Source: Candidatus Thermofontivivens primus (GTDB lineage Bacteria; Sysuimicrobiota; Sysuimicrobiia; Sysuimicrobiales; Thermofontiviventaceae). Taken from it: a stretch of 64,000 nucleotides of DNA. Of the stretch, positions 62,793 to 64,000 are shown piece after piece. Below the pieces are notes generated by a model that saw nothing but the letters and a program-made list of their open reading frames with translations, had not been told where the DNA came from and did not search any database. The translations under genes and the position numbers were made by a program. The stretch lies in assembly GCA_031458695.1 (NCBI GenBank), contig JAVKJW010000008.1:21100-85099 (forward strand), read 5' to 3'. How positions within the stretch are numbered: the stretch's first letter is position 1; each line of letters starts with the position of its first letter.

Positions 62793-63281
62793 CTATTCGC
62801 CCAGGATCGCCTCGATCTCCTGGCGGGCGCGGGAGATCACTTCGCGGATACGCCGGAGTTTTTCTGGACTCACGTGATGCCAAGGGCCCCTTCGGCGTAC
62901 AGCAAAGGCGAGATCCCACAGCTCACGGTAGGCAGGCCCCCAACAGTGCCACCAGTGGCTGAACTTCGTCCGGATCTCCTCTAGCGACTCTCTCTTCTCT
63001 TCAAGGAATCGCCTTCCTTCCTCAGTGATGGTATACACTTTCCTTCCCTCCTGTTGGGAAGAGGTCACATAGCCCATGTCCTCAAGCATCTGGAGGGTAG
63101 GATAGACGGCACCCGGGCTCGGGGCATAGAAGCCTCCGAACTGCTCCTGGAGCGCCCGGATGAGATCATACCCGTGCATTGGCTTTTCCTTGAGGAGGTC
63201 AAGGAGGAGGTACTTGAGGTCCCCCCTTGCGAAGAAGCGCTCGCGGAAAGGTCCAAAACCAGCCCATACTCTCCCAAACAC
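62793..63281 (-). CDS. PadR family transcriptional regulator
   Basis: HGYDLI, PSPGAVYPTL and KVYTITEEG motifs. Confidence 0.92.
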   Translation of the reverse strand: MFGRVWAGFGPFRERFFARGDLKYLLLDLLKEKPMHGYDLIRALQEQFGGFYAPSPGAVYPTLQMLEDMGYVTSSQQEGRKVYTITEEGRRFLEEKRESLEEIRTKFSHWWHCWGPAYRELWDLAFAVRRRGPWHHVSPEKLRRIREVISRARQEIEAILGE

Positions 63282-63297
63282 GGCGATACCTCCTATG

Positions 63298-63317
63298 TAT
63301 CAAGATATATCTCGATA
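63298..63317. promoter_or_regulatory. Probable PadR autoregulatory operator
   Basis: TATCAAGATATATCTCGATA, a palindrome with one mismatched pair, just 3' of minus-strand TTGACA-N17-GAAAAT. Confidence 0.6.
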
Positions 63318-63409
63318 ATATTTTCAAGGTTTCCTTGGGAGGTGTCAAGAGATGCCACCACTAGGGTCTAGTGAGGTGGATCCGCGCGGTTGAAATACCC
63401 AGGGGGATC

Positions 63410-63483
63410 TGGAGCGGGGTACGGGAATCGAACCCGCATCGCCGGCTTGGAAGGCCGGAGCTCTACCATTGAGCTAACCCCGC
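63410..63483 (-). tRNA. tRNA-Gly(TCC)
   Basis: Full cloverleaf; anticodon loop CTTCCAA; GGTTCGATTCC; encoded CCA. Confidence 0.95.
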
Positions 63484-63484
63484 G

Positions 63485-63540
63485 TGGTGGGGGGGGTAGG
63501 ATTCGAACCTACGAAGGCGTTCCGCCAGCAGATCTACAGT
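63485..63540 (-). pseudogene. 3' part of tRNA-Tyr(GTA); probable att site
   Basis: CTGTAGA loop, long variable arm, T-arm and CCA present; D-arm and 5' stems absent. Confidence 0.85.
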
Positions 63541-63658
63541 TCGATTTTGGTAGTTTTGAGGAGTATACGAGAAAGTCTGTAAGTCTATCTGTGTGCGGGT
63601 TCCAGCCGTTTTACTGTAACTGTGAATATGCCCCTGTATAGGGGGATTTTTCTCCGCT

Positions 63659-63678
63659 CATTTGCAATCCATTTGCAA
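63659..63678. repeat. CATTTGCAA direct repeat (possible integrase arm sites)
   Basis: Copies at 63659 and 63670, about 120 bp from the tRNA fragment. Confidence 0.45.
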
Positions 63679-63774
63679 CTTCGGCGAGGTCCGGCCAGAA
63701 CCCGATAGATGTGCTCTAAGTTGTCCCTCGCTGGGTTACGCTAAGCCTCTTTCCATGGGCCACTACTCCTTGAG

Positions 63775-64000
63775 GAGGTTTCGTCAACAGGTGTGTAAAT
63801 TTGCATCAGGCGGCGGCCTCCTCCCTCGTCACCTCGATCCCATCCTTATACTGGACCCCGGCGTAGACTTTCGCCAGCAACTCAGGTGCGTTAAGCCTTC
63901 GGAACTTCTTCTGGGCTACCATGAGCATCTTCCAGATCACTCCTAGAGCCCGCTCCACCTTCTTAGTCCGCTTGGCAGCATCCGTCCGTAGCCTGAGCGC
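63775..64000 (-). mobile_element. IS256-family element end (transposase C-terminus 64000..63806 plus terminal IR)
   Basis: ALRLRTDAAKR...IWKMLMVAQKKFRRLNAPELL...DG-stop; minus-strand TTTACACACCTGTTGACGAAACCTC IR-like end. Confidence 0.8.

Noticed and set aside
1..64000. CRISPR array or rRNA
   Set aside because: No regularly spaced repeats or rRNA-like stretch seen; intergenic gaps are short

Overview
Gene-dense, GC-rich bacterial chromosome segment; the GAAC-N4-GTTC LexA box suggests a Terrabacteria-type lineage (inference only). Left to right: an N-heterocycle catabolic cluster (cyclase; amidase, Mo-hydroxylase L-M-S, DUF2877, BMP-type ABC); thiW-thiM; an iRadA-PPB2-PolB2 cassette with a LexA box in its promoter; a MEMO1 protein; a metal-handling region (DUF411/CopG-like gene with an in-frame UGA at a conserved Cys, a Met/His-rich secreted protein, feoAB); thiO; an octaheme cytochrome-TtrB-like-TtrA-like operon with no membrane anchor; a Get3/ArsA-like ATPase; an acyl-CoA dehydrogenase; a 2-oxoacid oxidoreductase/ald/CoA-transferase operon; peptide and Liv ABC transporters; hydantoinase A/B; housekeeping genes; tRNA-Gly; a tRNA-Tyr 3' fragment marking a probable integrated-element edge; and an IS256 end. 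Most notable are the candidate selenoprotein missed by the ORF track, the SOS-boxed PolB2 cassette, and the rewired Ttr-like complex. All family calls come from motif recognition by eye; no database searches were run.
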